A DNA stretch of 64,000 nucleotides from a virus (IMGVR_UViG_3300028048_000043); one strand, 5' to 3'. Counted from the first letter of the stretch, positions 46,053-56,552 are shown. Notes: generated by a model from the letters alone, not told the origin. Program-made: numbers and translations.

Positions 46053-46673
46053 ATGGCAGATGGAACAGGACTTAGCTCAGTCGGTTTGATGGGGCTTCCT
46101 CACTTTAGAACGTCAAGGGTTTCCAGAGAGCTTTGGGAACCAGTATATCTTAATCTGTTCACCGTAGAGATTCAGCTACCAGAGAAGATGGCTGCTTCAG
46201 AGGATGACAAACTTCTTCTCCTTGAAGGTGTTCAGAGAGTAGGTGGTCTTGATACCAATAAAAACCCTGGTGCTGCTGAGCTCCAGCACTACAAAATGGC
46301 AGACCGTAGCTTCGCTGCATCCGGTACTGGTCAGACATATATCGATCTTCAGCTTGACTTCGAGGTCAACGTCAGAGGTTCAGCCGAAGGAAAACCTGAT
46401 ATGTATACAGTAAAGATGCTCAGAAGATGGAACGACCTCGTTTGGGATCCTCTTACTGGTCGCCAGGGTATCAAGGTTGACTACGTTGCTCCTACAATGA
46501 CCATTACGATGCATGATAAGAAGAATCAACCATTCTGGCAGTGGATTTGCTACAATGTGTTCCCTATAACGAACTTGCCAGCTCCGGAACTCAACTATCA
46601 GAGCAAGACAAACCTTTATAAGGTTACTGGATTCACTCTTAGATGCGACTATTGGGATGAATCAATGATTTAA
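46053..46673 (+). CDS. tail tube protein (T4 gp19-like)
   Basis: EPVYLNLFTVEI, LRRWNDLV.DP.TG, YNVFP, FTLRCDYW; directly after sheath. Confidence 0.85.
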   Translation: MADGTGLSSVGLMGLPHFRTSRVSRELWEPVYLNLFTVEIQLPEKMAASEDDKLLLLEGVQRVGGLDTNKNPGAAELQHYKMADRSFAASGTGQTYIDLQLDFEVNVRGSAEGKPDMYTVKMLRRWNDLVWDPLTGRQGIKVDYVAPTMTITMHDKKNQPFWQWICYNVFPITNLPAPELNYQSKTNLYKVTGFTLRCDYWDESMI

Positions 46674-46704
46674 TTCAAAGTATCATCGGATTAAATTAAA
46701 TGTT

Positions 46705-46733
46705 AAACGAGAACGGAAACGTTCTCGTTTTTC
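46705..46733 (+). terminator. intrinsic terminator after the tube gene
   Basis: aaacgagaacg-GAAA-cgttctcgttt followed by tt. Confidence 0.9.
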
Positions 46734-46788
46734 TTGTTTTATCAATACTTAGATAAATACAATAAGGAATTAATTCTATTGATTGATA

Positions 46789-49700
46789 ATGGTCAACTCG
46801 TTAGAGATACTTACAAGTATAAATAAATCTGTCGCAATTATAGCGAAGAACACAACGCCTGGAAACGGTTCAGGCAAAGCCGCTGTCGCCACTCTTTCTC
46901 GCGGCAACGTTGCTGGTAGCGAAGCGTCTCAAAAAGCCGAAACGTTAAGTAAATCTGGAGGTCTCGGTTCGGGAGATATAAAAAGCTTAATATCTGTTCT
47001 AGGTGGGTTGCCAACAATAGTTAAAGCTATAGCGAAACTAAGCGACAAATCGATAAAAGACTTCAAGAAAACAATGAAAATTTTCTTTGAAGCGTTTGAT
47101 GTTAAGATTGATTCAAAACGAATAGAGACTCTGCAAAAGGCTGATATGGCTAATATCATATCTGCTCTCAGCGGAATACCGGTTGCTGTAAAAGCTGTGT
47201 CTTCTATAAGCGATAAGAAAATGAAAGCTTTTGAAAATTCTATCTTAACCTTTTATAAAGCAATCGATAAAATTCTTAAGTATAAGTTTGATAAAAAGAA
47301 AATAGAAAATATAAAGAGTGTAAACGAGATCATACTCGGTCTAGAAACAGTAGTCAAAAAAGCAGTTCCGCTTATTATAATTTCTCCTCTTGCAACTCTC
47401 GGTATTCTTCTGAGTATACCTTTCTTTGCGTTGACGATGTTGGTGATGAAGCTAATATCTTCATTTAAGGTGGATCACAAATCTATTAAAGAACTAACAG
47501 CCGGAATAAAAGAGATAACAATGACAGCTTATATGGCAGTCGGATTGCTTCTCGCTTGTATCGGTATCGCTTCTATTGCTGCTACAGAAAAAGGAAGGGC
47601 GTTGATTCTTGGTGGATTGGCTGTACTTGCCGCAACCCTTTTAACGATGGTATTTATTATAGGCATCGTTGGGCTAGCATCAAGACTTCTCAAGGGAATA
47701 GGAGCAATGAAAGGACTTAAAGAGATTATGTTGTTTGCTGCAATGACGATGGGTCTTGTTGTTGTTGCGGCCGCATTCGGCGTTGTGTTTGGAGGAGGCG
47801 CAGGAAAGAAAGCTCTTGTTGGCGGACTTGTTATTTTGGGTATGACTTTGCTGACTATGACAGCTATTATTTTGATAGTTGGATTGGCTGGAAATGTGTT
47901 GAAAAAAAGCAACGCAATGAAAAACGTAAAAGAGATCATTCTCTTTACTGTGCTTGGGTTCGCTGTTGTTGTCGCTTCTGCGTTTTTAGCTAGATTTGCT
48001 AAAAAGAACTGGAAAGACATATCAATAGGATTAGGTTTTGTGTCTGGAACACTTGTATTACTCGTCGGCATAGCTTGGCTTGCAGGAAAACTTGCAGGAA
48101 AAGCAAAGAAAGGAATGATCTCGTTAGCTATACTTGAGGCTCTTGCTCTCGGAACTATAGGCTTGGTTTGGATAACTGCTCAGCTGGCTAAAGAGTTGAA
48201 GAAGGTTGGTTATAAAGAGGTTCTCAAATCTATGGGTATCATGGGACTGATTCTTCTTGAATTTGGTGTTCTTGCGGGTGTAGCATCATTTATTATGCCG
48301 GAACTCATACTTGGTTCTGTAGCATTGGGTATGGTGGAACTTGTTGCATTCGGGGCAACACTTGTCGTTTCAGCAATTATAAATCTTACAAATAAGGCGA
48401 AAGAGTCGGGAACAACATGGAAAGAAATCGTTAAATCTGTAGGTGGAATAGGGTTGGTTATTGGTGCGTTTGGATTATTGGCCGCCGCGTTCTCTTTGTT
48501 AACAATACCTATTTTGTTTGCTACTCCAGCTATAGCATTAACAATAGGGTTTGCTGCTGGTGCAATAGGTGTTGTAAATTCTGTAATAGACATCAATAAG
48601 AAACTTGAAGAAATTGGTGGCGTTGATAAAGCAGTTGAAACTGTAAAAAATGTAGGGAAGATACTCAAACAATTTAACAAGAAAAACTTGTCAATTGATA
48701 TGAGTTTTTGGGATTTCTTTAAACTTGGAGCAAAATTTACAGCTCTTAGAGGTTTGGTTATACCTTTGATGTCATCTGTAGACTTTGTTACGAAGCTGGC
48801 AAACATATCTGATATTATAAACGATCAGGGCCAAATGAGAAAAGTTATATTCAGAGATCCAAAAACAGGAGAGGCAAAGTATGGAGAATGGGTTGATATA
48901 AAAGGTGTAGCCACGTCTATAACTGTAGGATTGACAGCATTTGTTCATGGATTGGACTTTTCATTCAAAGAACTTAAAAAGATGCTCTTAGCGTTGCCAA
49001 TAATGACTATTCTTGGAATGGTTGTCGATCCTATATCTAAATTCGTTGACATGTTAACGTCATATGAATCAGACGAGTCTGGATATCTTTCAAAAATAGT
49101 TATAAAGGATGATGGTTCTGTTGTTGTTTCGAAAAAGGTCAACGTTACAAAGGTTGGAGGAATCATTGCTGGTGCTGTGACTACATTTGTATCTTCTTTG
49201 TTCTCTGACAAAAATGTAGACGCTTGGTCAAAGATATTGTACGGCGAGCCTGGTGGTGGGATATCTGGATGGTGGGCGGCTAGAAAGCGCAGAAAAGGCG
49301 CAAAGGAAATGATGGGAATATTTAGTTCTGTCGTAGAACCAATAAGCTCTTTCGTTCAAACACTCTCTTTATTTGAAGTTGGATCTGATGGGTTGCTTCA
49401 CAAGATAATAGAAGATGGTGATGGTGGGTATAAGCAAGGACCGGCCATAAATGTTGTTGAATCTGGAAAACAGATTGCAAAAATGGTGACACAGTTCCTA
49501 ACATCTATAAATGGAATATTCTCTATGTCAGGTGATGAAGATGATGCTGAAAAATTCGGAGAAGTTCTTAGTGCTTATGAAAACGTCATTAAAAGGGTTA
49601 CTGAGTTTGGTGGCGATAACGGATCAATTCCAAAGGTAACAGAGAATCTCGATGCATTTTATCTTAAGATCACTCCATTTGGAAAGAATGTGATGGAGCT

Positions 49701-50199
49701 TCAATCATCATCCAAAGAATTTAGACCAGTAAGCGTTGAATCTCATGTTTTGGCAATTTCTTTCGATAAGATGACAACTTCTCTTGCTTCTTTTGATTCT
49801 GTTCTGAATAAAGAAAAAGCAAAAAGATTAAAGAATATTAAAGATCTTGCGAAAGAACTTGAAAACCTAAAAAATAGCGTTAGAGGGGCAGGTGATGATT
49901 TGAGAAGTTTAGCTGTAATAATCAACACTCTTAACAAATTTGATGCAGCAAAGGCTAATGATGCAGCGGAAGCCATAAGGAATGCCGTTGGTGCTTCATC
50001 CGGAGGAGGTTCTGGTTCTGTTTCCGGTGGTTCAGGAACAAGAAAATCTACAATTGTTGACGCTATTAAAGAGGCGTTGAATGGAGCATCATTGGATACA
50101 AACGCAATATCAACATATTCTGGATCTGAGGTTGACGATGGGGCAAAAGCAATAATAGAAGCTCTTTCTAACATGGATTATACTTTATCATTGAACTAA
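46789..50199 (+). CDS. tape measure-like protein
   Basis: ~1136 aa, long run of Ala/Gly/Leu/Ile-rich amphipathic and hydrophobic helices; follows sheath-tube. ATAAATA at 46753-46759. Confidence 0.75.
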   Translation: MVNSLEILTSINKSVAIIAKNTTPGNGSGKAAVATLSRGNVAGSEASQKAETLSKSGGLGSGDIKSLISVLGGLPTIVKAIAKLSDKSIKDFKKTMKIFFEAFDVKIDSKRIETLQKADMANIISALSGIPVAVKAVSSISDKKMKAFENSILTFYKAIDKILKYKFDKKKIENIKSVNEIILGLETVVKKAVPLIIISPLATLGILLSIPFFALTMLVMKLISSFKVDHKSIKELTAGIKEITMTAYMAVGLLLACIGIASIAATEKGRALILGGLAVLAATLLTMVFIIGIVGLASRLLKGIGAMKGLKEIMLFAAMTMGLVVVAAAFGVVFGGGAGKKALVGGLVILGMTLLTMTAIILIVGLAGNVLKKSNAMKNVKEIILFTVLGFAVVVASAFLARFAKKNWKDISIGLGFVSGTLVLLVGIAWLAGKLAGKAKKGMISLAILEALALGTIGLVWITAQLAKELKKVGYKEVLKSMGIMGLILLEFGVLAGVASFIMPELILGSVALGMVELVAFGATLVVSAIINLTNKAKESGTTWKEIVKSVGGIGLVIGAFGLLAAAFSLLTIPILFATPAIALTIGFAAGAIGVVNSVIDINKKLEEIGGVDKAVETVKNVGKILKQFNKKNLSIDMSFWDFFKLGAKFTALRGLVIPLMSSVDFVTKLANISDIINDQGQMRKVIFRDPKTGEAKYGEWVDIKGVATSITVGLTAFVHGLDFSFKELKKMLLALPIMTILGMVVDPISKFVDMLTSYESDESGYLSKIVIKDDGSVVVSKKVNVTKVGGIIAGAVTTFVSSLFSDKNVDAWSKILYGEPGGGISGWWAARKRRKGAKEMMGIFSSVVEPISSFVQTLSLFEVGSDGLLHKIIEDGDGGYKQGPAINVVESGKQIAKMVTQFLTSINGIFSMSGDEDDAEKFGEVLSAYENVIKRVTEFGGDNGSIPKVTENLDAFYLKITPFGKNVMELQSSSKEFRPVSVESHVLAISFDKMTTSLASFDSVLNKEKAKRLKNIKDLAKELENLKNSVRGAGDDLRSLAVIINTLNKFDAAKANDAAEAIRNAVGASSGGGSGSVSGGSGTRKSTIVDAIKEALNGASLDTNAISTYSGSEVDDGAKAIIEALSNMDYTLSLN

Positions 50200-50211
50200 A
50201 TTTATAATAAG

Positions 50212-52080
50212 ATGGCACTTGATTTAAAGATATTTAAAACAAACAGAATAGGTCTCTCGCAGATGTACGAGGACGCTATGAACTATGTAAAGAACGTATA
50301 TGCTGCAAATGATCAAGAGTTTACATCTGCATCTCCATTCGGGCAGATAATAAACGTTTTGGTTAATTTGGGAAGAATGATACTGTTCTATATAGAATCT
50401 TCTATAACTGAGTTAAACATAGAAACAGCTTACCAGGCTAGATCCATTGCTGGTCTTTCTGAGTTAACCGGGCATGTCCCTTCTCGCGGTATAGCCGCCA
50501 GGGGAACAATTTTTATGACTTATAATAAGGATTCTGAATATCTTGGCGAGACTATATCTTTGAAGAATTTTACAAAGATAAGAAATTCATCAAATGGTTT
50601 GGTTTATCTTATAATTTTGCCATCCAATATACTTCAGATAACTGTCGGTGAAAAGGATTCCAAGATGGAATTTCCTATAATCCAGGGTGAATTGAAATAT
50701 CAGCAAGGAACAGGAACGGGGGAAGCTTTACAGTCATTTAACTTTGCTGCAAAGACGGATGATATCATAGATGAGTTCTTCGCAAATGTTTATGTTAATG
50801 GAGAGAAATGGGAAAGAGTTGATTCTATCCTTGATATGACATATGAACAGAAAGCTTGCGTGATTAAGACGAGTATAAATGGAGGTATTGATGTGTTTTT
50901 CGGAACAGGAAATAACGGTGCAATTCCAATTACCGGTTCAACTATATTGTTCGAATATATAGTTTCGTCTGGAGGTGCCGGAAATATGATAAACGGTTCG
51001 ACAGAGACGACATGGATATTTGAAGACCAGGGTTATGATCAAAACGGCGATTATGTTGATTTGAACAATATGTATGCTTTATATACTGGTTCAGATATAC
51101 TCTTCGGAACATATGGAGAATCAATAGAGATGACGAGAAAATTGGCACCACACATGTCAAGAAGCTTTGTTCTTGCAAACGATGTCAATTATAAGACATT
51201 CCTTTCTAAATTGAACATCTTTTCTATCATCGACGTCTTCTCAGGTTTCAATACACTTGAGGACATAAAGATAGAAAAAGAATATAATGACGCTAAGAAC
51301 GAATACAACACAATTAAGTCGAACTATGCGGCTCAGTTAAATTTAACAGGAAAGAACTCTCCACAGGCTATTGAATTAGCCGAAGCGATGGCTGAACAAA
51401 AGAACATCGTTGATGGTCTCAAGGTAAAATATGATGAATCGAAACTAGATGATAACGTTGTGTATCTTTATCTGGTTCCGGACATATCAAAACGTATATC
51501 TGATGCTGACAATTATTTTACATGTTCGTTAGATAGGTTCCGACTTACAGACGACGAAAAAACAGGAATTCTGAATATGATAGAAGATTCAGGAAGAAAG
51601 GTGATATCCGTTGAAAATAGAATTATAGATCCGTCATATGTAAAGTTTGCTATAAACGCATTCATAAGGATATATGATAACTACAACTTCAACGCGGTTA
51701 AATCATCTATAATATCTGCTCTTTCTGATTATATAATTAAATTTAAAAGAAGAGACAGAATACCAGTATCTGATATAGTAAGGATCATAGAGGGTGTTGA
51801 TGGTGTAGACTCGGTTTCCGTTTATTTTGATGCAGACAAAAACAACCAGAATTATTTCGGTGAAGGAAATTATGGCATCGATGAATATGGAGACATCGTT
51901 TTGACAAGAACTCTTTCAGATAGATTAGGAAACAATGTCGATATAAAAGACCTACAGCCTTTGTTCAGAGGAGATTTCACTTCATACAACGATGTTTATT
52001 ACGAAGATTCGCTGAACGGATTACTTGGACCAGTAAACATAACGTTAACTGGAAAAACAGAAAAAAGCAGAGGAATTTAA
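50212..52080 (+). CDS. baseplate wedge protein (T4 gp6-like)
   Basis: SITELNIETA, VYVNGEKW, VFFGTGNNG.IP, Y..SSGGAGN, ESIE..RKLAP, VLANDVNY gp6-type motifs. Confidence 0.85.
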   Translation: MALDLKIFKTNRIGLSQMYEDAMNYVKNVYAANDQEFTSASPFGQIINVLVNLGRMILFYIESSITELNIETAYQARSIAGLSELTGHVPSRGIAARGTIFMTYNKDSEYLGETISLKNFTKIRNSSNGLVYLIILPSNILQITVGEKDSKMEFPIIQGELKYQQGTGTGEALQSFNFAAKTDDIIDEFFANVYVNGEKWERVDSILDMTYEQKACVIKTSINGGIDVFFGTGNNGAIPITGSTILFEYIVSSGGAGNMINGSTETTWIFEDQGYDQNGDYVDLNNMYALYTGSDILFGTYGESIEMTRKLAPHMSRSFVLANDVNYKTFLSKLNIFSIIDVFSGFNTLEDIKIEKEYNDAKNEYNTIKSNYAAQLNLTGKNSPQAIELAEAMAEQKNIVDGLKVKYDESKLDDNVVYLYLVPDISKRISDADNYFTCSLDRFRLTDDEKTGILNMIEDSGRKVISVENRIIDPSYVKFAINAFIRIYDNYNFNAVKSSIISALSDYIIKFKRRDRIPVSDIVRIIEGVDGVDSVSVYFDADKNNQNYFGEGNYGIDEYGDIVLTRTLSDRLGNNVDIKDLQPLFRGDFTSYNDVYYEDSLNGLLGPVNITLTGKTEKSRGI

Positions 52081-52093
52081 CCTCTGTTTTTTC
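52062..52093 (+). terminator. intrinsic terminator
   Basis: aaaaagcagagg-aatttaa-cctctgtttttt. Confidence 0.7.
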
Positions 52094-52111
52094 TTTTTTA
52101 ATTTTTATCCG

Positions 52112-52121
52112 TATATTTGCA
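52112..52121 (+). promoter_or_regulatory. Bacteroidota-type -7 promoter element
   Basis: ccgTATATTTGCaaat upstream of 52180. Confidence 0.7.
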
Positions 52122-52179
52122 AATGAAATCTAATAACAGGTTTCAAAATCATTACGTTTAACAATTAAAACATCTTTAG

Positions 52180-53076
52180 ATGAAGCTAAAATTACATTTG
52201 AGCGGTAGTGCCGAACCGTTTGTGAGCTATTTAAAGAATTACCTGAAGATTAGGGAATCTCTTTTGCTCGAAATCGACACAACATCTCGCGCCTTTGTCG
52301 CGAAGACTTTCACTGAGGATAAATCGGCGATTCGTTTTGCATCAATCACGTTTGATGATGCCAACATTTCGTTTGTTTCTGACGACGGTGAAGCTGAACG
52401 CGGAGCTGCGCGAATCAAGGCTGGAATCCTTATTCAGCTCAAGAAGTTCATTCAAATCGTAGAGCGGTTTGGTTCTGACGTCGATGCGGAAGGAAAGGCT
52501 GACTTCGATATCGAGGTTTCGTATGAGCCGTTTGCTCTTAAGGAAGGGGGCACCGATTTTGTTTCCACACAGATTCAGTTCTCTTCAAAGATCCTTAAGA
52601 TGAAGATTGACGGTTTCCGTCCAACCGAAATCGCCTATCTTCCTGATGATGTGTTCATCAACAACATTTTCAACGTCAGCGATGCCGTTCGTGCTGAGAT
52701 GACACCTGCTAAGATTGCAGACATCATCAAGATCTCCGATATCATCAAGATGGACGCAAGGAGAGATGCGCTCTCATTCTATGTCGAAGGAAAGACTCTC
52801 TACGTGAAGGATGTCAACATTTCTGTGAAGTCTTCAGACAATCAGAAGTCCGACTTCGTTTACACGATCGGAGAGGTTGATCATGAGCCAGATTATCCAA
52901 TCTCTCTTATCGTAAATCGAGAGAAGTTTGTCAAGATGGTGGATAAGTCAGAGGAGACGTTTACAGTCATTCTCGGTAAGTATACTGTCAATGGCTCTGG
53001 CGCAGTCGATCGAATCCTTCTTGATTCAACGTCCAATCCTACTAAGATCGTGATTGGTGCGATGAAGGAGAACTAA
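52180..53076 (+). CDS. probable DNA polymerase sliding clamp (gp45/PCNA-like)
   Basis: 298 aa with alternating helix-pair and beta-strand pattern repeated twice, acidic, early promoter. No catalytic motif. Assignment by pattern only. Confidence 0.45.
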   Translation: MKLKLHLSGSAEPFVSYLKNYLKIRESLLLEIDTTSRAFVAKTFTEDKSAIRFASITFDDANISFVSDDGEAERGAARIKAGILIQLKKFIQIVERFGSDVDAEGKADFDIEVSYEPFALKEGGTDFVSTQIQFSSKILKMKIDGFRPTEIAYLPDDVFINNIFNVSDAVRAEMTPAKIADIIKISDIIKMDARRDALSFYVEGKTLYVKDVNISVKSSDNQKSDFVYTIGEVDHEPDYPISLIVNREKFVKMVDKSEETFTVILGKYTVNGSGAVDRILLDSTSNPTKIVIGAMKEN

Positions 53077-53100
53077 GTTTTACTTTTAAACAGTTTTAAA

Positions 53101-54177
53101 ATGGGAAAAAGAATCAAATTTAAGCCTACAGGAAAGAGCTGGGGTCCAGACGACGGGTTCGATTGGTCTCTCTACGAAGATGGTTACGATGGCGGAACAT
53201 CTCTCCGTAGAAACACCAAGGTTAAGACTCATGGAAATGACATCGTTTATAGTCATGAGCCATATGCCCAGGAACTTTACGACTTGATGGAGGATTATTT
53301 CTCCGGTAGAAAAACGCAAGCTACACCTAAGGATTCAAAGAGTGGGGTTGTGTACAATGTGCAGAATATTAGTGCTCTTTCAGATCATGAGGTTGTGATT
53401 GATTCCGATAACGGAATGTCGGCTGTTGTTGATCTGAACAAGGAAGCCCAGTTCGTAAAGCACGTCGGTTTCAATCGTGCAGCCGATTTCACCAACGCCC
53501 TTAAAGATGATAAGTTCCGCGAGGAACTCGTTGCGTCAAACCTTCTCGCGAAGGTTATTGATAGTAACAGGGTGTCCATCTGGGAGGGTTACAAATCCAG
53601 AATCGAGAAAGAGTTTATGGAGGATCTTCTCCGTAAGGATGGTCCTAAGTATGCTTATCTCGGTAAGGTTGTTTCAGCTAACCCTGGTGGATATACGGTC
53701 GACATTATGGGGCTCAATTGCTTTATGCCAGCGTCGTTGGCATCCAATGGTCCAATTTCAGATCCTGAATCTCTCGTTGGGACAGAGTTGAAGTGCTGTG
53801 TTGTTAACTACGCAAGCCTCACGAAGAACTTCGTTGTTAGTCACAAAAAGTATATCGAGACCACTCTTCCTGCTCGAATTCGCGAAGAGCTTTACGTCGG
53901 TAAGCCAGTTTTCGTTAAAGTCACCGGTGTATCAAAGAACGGTCTTTTCTGCGCCATTAAAGATTCAGAAGGAAAATGGATGTTTAGCAGCCTTATGCAC
54001 AGAACAACCATGTCCAACTGTTTCGAAGAGATGTTCGATGAAGGACAGTTTGTTGCTGGAGATGAATTCCGCGCTTACGTCCACAAGCTTAATTGGGGAG
54101 ATGGTGATAGTTGCAGAATTGTCATCGGAGACAATGAGCCTGTGGAAACAGAAAAAGAGGAACTCGTAAAGGAGTAA
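53101..54177 (+). CDS. ribosomal protein bS1-like protein (tandem S1 OB domains)
   Basis: GKVVSANPGGYTVDIMGLNCFMPAS, LKCCVVNY...NFVVSHKKY and LYVGKPVFVKVTGVSKNGLFC are S1 repeats. Confidence 0.85.
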   Translation: MGKRIKFKPTGKSWGPDDGFDWSLYEDGYDGGTSLRRNTKVKTHGNDIVYSHEPYAQELYDLMEDYFSGRKTQATPKDSKSGVVYNVQNISALSDHEVVIDSDNGMSAVVDLNKEAQFVKHVGFNRAADFTNALKDDKFREELVASNLLAKVIDSNRVSIWEGYKSRIEKEFMEDLLRKDGPKYAYLGKVVSANPGGYTVDIMGLNCFMPASLASNGPISDPESLVGTELKCCVVNYASLTKNFVVSHKKYIETTLPARIREELYVGKPVFVKVTGVSKNGLFCAIKDSEGKWMFSSLMHRTTMSNCFEEMFDEGQFVAGDEFRAYVHKLNWGDGDSCRIVIGDNEPVETEKEELVKE

Positions 54178-54184
54178 AAACAAC

Positions 54185-54206
54185 GGATCCCCTTCACAGG
54201 GGATCC
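54185..54206 (+). terminator. GC-rich hairpin after the S1 gene (weak U-tract)
   Basis: ggatcccct-tcac-aggggatcc. Confidence 0.55.
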
Positions 54207-54225
54207 TTAAATTCAAAAATTAGTT

Positions 54226-54498
54226 ATGAATGATTTTCAGGGTGCCGGAGCTGCACCGCAAATGAATATGTCTTCCATACTCAATGCTCCAAATGTAACT
54301 TGCTCCTGTGGGTCAAAGATATTCACTCAGGCTTTTGTCTTGAAGCGCATTTCATCTCTCGTTTCTCCAACAGGTAGAGAGGAAACGATTGAAATTCCGC
54401 TTTTTGTTTGTGCAAAGTGCGGTGAAATTCCTTCTGTTTACAGGGACAATCCTCAGTTCAAAAAAATTTTCGGTGAAACAGAAATAAAGAAAGATTAA
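54226..54498 (+). CDS. small zinc-ribbon protein
   Basis: CSCG...CAKCG. Confidence 0.7.
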   Translation: MNDFQGAGAAPQMNMSSILNAPNVTCSCGSKIFTQAFVLKRISSLVSPTGREETIEIPLFVCAKCGEIPSVYRDNPQFKKIFGETEIKKD

Positions 54499-54499
54499 A

Positions 54500-54730
54500 A
54501 TGGATAATATCGGATATTACAAAGTTACCGTTAAAGTCGGCGTAGAGCAGGATAACGGAAAGATTAAGTATCATAAAGAGAATTACCTTGTCCACGACGC
54601 AGGGTCCCCTCAGATTGCAGCCAACGTCGTAGAAAAGGAATTCAGCGGGTGCATGGATGAGTGGCAGATTGAATGCGTGAAGCAAGAAAAAATAGACGCT
54701 ATTCTTGATGCCCTAGAAGATGAACGTTAA
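54500..54730 (+). CDS. DUF4494-like small protein
   Basis: YYKVTVK...GKIK..KENYLV.DA.S...A pattern resembles the Bacteroidota DUF4494 family. Confidence 0.55.
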   Translation: MDNIGYYKVTVKVGVEQDNGKIKYHKENYLVHDAGSPQIAANVVEKEFSGCMDEWQIECVKQEKIDAILDALEDER

Positions 54731-54735
54731 AGTCT

Positions 54736-55107
54736 ATGCCTTTCGTGTTTAATTTTAATTCAGCCATAGGAGACATCGAACAGATGGAGGTGTCTCCAAA
54801 TGGCTGGAATTCTCCTATTACGATTGAGTATTGTGTTGCTCAGGCGCATAAATACGATACTACTCGGTCAGTTGTGTGGAGAGTTAAAGGTACTACTATT
54901 TGCTTCACCATATCTGAACAAAAAATAAACGTTCTTACACGTGGGGATTATAAAAAACATTTTACGCAAGTTCTCGAAAACTTCCGGGAGGACTACCTAT
55001 CCTGGTTCGAAGACGATTACTACAAAGACGCAGAATGGAAATACGAATACCAAGACCAATTCGGATCTCTCATCAAAGGTAAGGATAACAAACGTGAAAA
55101 TCAATAA
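54736..55107 (+). CDS. hypothetical protein (123 aa)
   Basis: Tightly packed ORF in the operon. Confidence 0.65.
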   Translation: MPFVFNFNSAIGDIEQMEVSPNGWNSPITIEYCVAQAHKYDTTRSVVWRVKGTTICFTISEQKINVLTRGDYKKHFTQVLENFREDYLSWFEDDYYKDAEWKYEYQDQFGSLIKGKDNKRENQ

Positions 55108-55119
55108 TTTTGATATAAA

Positions 55120-55890
55120 ATGAGAAAAGAACGCAGATATTTTGAATGGATCGCCGGTGATGATATCGGTGAAGTTGTTCTTCTTGAATCAATGACGGAG
55201 ATAGGTGGCGAGTTGTTCTATAATTTTGAAAACGGGGATACCTGTAACTCAAGATTCATCGCGAAGGCTACTGCAAATAAAGCAGATCTTAAGGAAAAGC
55301 TTATGGTTGAGGTAGATTCTCCTACAAATATGTGGAGTATCGAAAAAGTTGAATCAAAGGTATATGATGACCGGTCCATGAACGGAGAGACCGTTGACAT
55401 TCCAACGCTTCAAGATATATTGAATATGGGTCAGGGCGGTGAAGTTGATTCAAATTTAGGAACACAAACCCTAACTGCTCCAAGAAGACAAGTTAGAACG
55501 AGGGAACTTCCAGATCCAAAAGATTGGCTTTTAGAAGATTCTGAGCCGATTGTTGAACAACATAAGGTAGAGACTGAATCCGTTGCTGCGCAGACATACG
55601 TTGAGAAGGAACCTGAGCAAAACGTTGTTTCTCGGGAACAAAAATCTATTGATGTGGAATCTCAAGATCCTGTGTTCATAATGGTTAGAAAATCAAAAAC
55701 TCACAGCACAGAGATACCGATAACTCTTAATATCGATCTTCCATCAAAGTCATTGTATAAGATAGTGTCCGAAGAATTTGAGAACGGAGGAGAAAAGTTC
55801 ATCGATTTTGTTGTAGATGGGATAGACGTTTCTTCCATAATTGAATCTTTAAAGACGTCTTTGAAACAGGCTTACGAAAAAGAAGACTAA
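55120..55890 (+). CDS. hypothetical protein (256 aa)
   Basis: Tightly packed ORF in the operon. Confidence 0.7.
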   Translation: MRKERRYFEWIAGDDIGEVVLLESMTEIGGELFYNFENGDTCNSRFIAKATANKADLKEKLMVEVDSPTNMWSIEKVESKVYDDRSMNGETVDIPTLQDILNMGQGGEVDSNLGTQTLTAPRRQVRTRELPDPKDWLLEDSEPIVEQHKVETESVAAQTYVEKEPEQNVVSREQKSIDVESQDPVFIMVRKSKTHSTEIPITLNIDLPSKSLYKIVSEEFENGGEKFIDFVVDGIDVSSIIESLKTSLKQAYEKED

Positions 55891-55900
55891 TTTTTGCGCA

Positions 55901-55941
55901 ATAAATAGGAAGTAAAAACACAAAATTTACTTCCTATTTTT
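55901..55941 (+). terminator. 14-bp perfect hairpin with T-tail overlapping an ATAAATA box
   Basis: aaataggaagtaaa (55903-55916) and tttacttcctattt (55926-55939); ATG at 55945. Confidence 0.7.
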
Positions 55942-55944
55942 GTA

Positions 55945-56376
55945 ATGAATATCTACTTTACTGTAGAGCCTTGTAAAAGACTGAAAAATCTTTTTTCAAA
56001 TTTAAGCTCTTATTATATTATCGACGTAGATTCAATTCTTGAGGAATCTGGGCTTGATGTGAATAAGAAATCTCATCAGTTCTTGATAAACAATGAGCTC
56101 GAAAGACTTCTAACATCCGGGGCGAAATCCAAACGGTATCTAGGAATAATCTATATAAACAAAAAGATGAATTACGATACGATTTCTTCAGTAAAGGAAA
56201 CCGTTATAAACATAGATGGTTCTACTGTTGAAAATTGTGTTGTTCTGGATGATTGTGACGTGCAGAAATTATCGGACTATTACATAATGTTTGATGAGGT
56301 TATATTTTTCCCCGCAATCAACAAAGCAAAGATTATCAAATGTGTGCCTCAAAATATAACAAAGTTCATAGGATGA
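55945..56376 (+). CDS. hypothetical protein (143 aa)
   Basis: ORF; alpha/beta pattern, no intact catalytic motif recognised. Confidence 0.65.
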   Translation: MNIYFTVEPCKRLKNLFSNLSSYYIIDVDSILEESGLDVNKKSHQFLINNELERLLTSGAKSKRYLGIIYINKKMNYDTISSVKETVINIDGSTVENCVVLDDCDVQKLSDYYIMFDEVIFFPAINKAKIIKCVPQNITKFIG

Positions 56377-56552
56377 TAAAGTTTTTCAAATCTATATTAA
56401 GCTTTTTAAGAGGTCTTTTCTGTAAAAAGGAGAAGAAAAATAAACGTCGTTCATTTTATGCAGAAAATGGAAACAAAAAAGAAGTCGAACTGATTGCGAC
56501 TCCTTTTATGAAAATTCGTGTTATAAGACCGGATGAATATAGGACGCTTTAA
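56373..56552 (+). CDS. small basic hypothetical protein (59 aa) with amphipathic N-terminal helix
   Basis: ATGA overlap with the previous gene; MIKFFKSILSFLRGLFCKK. Confidence 0.5.
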   Translation: MIKFFKSILSFLRGLFCKKEKKNKRRSFYAENGNKKEVELIATPFMKIRVIRPDEYRTL

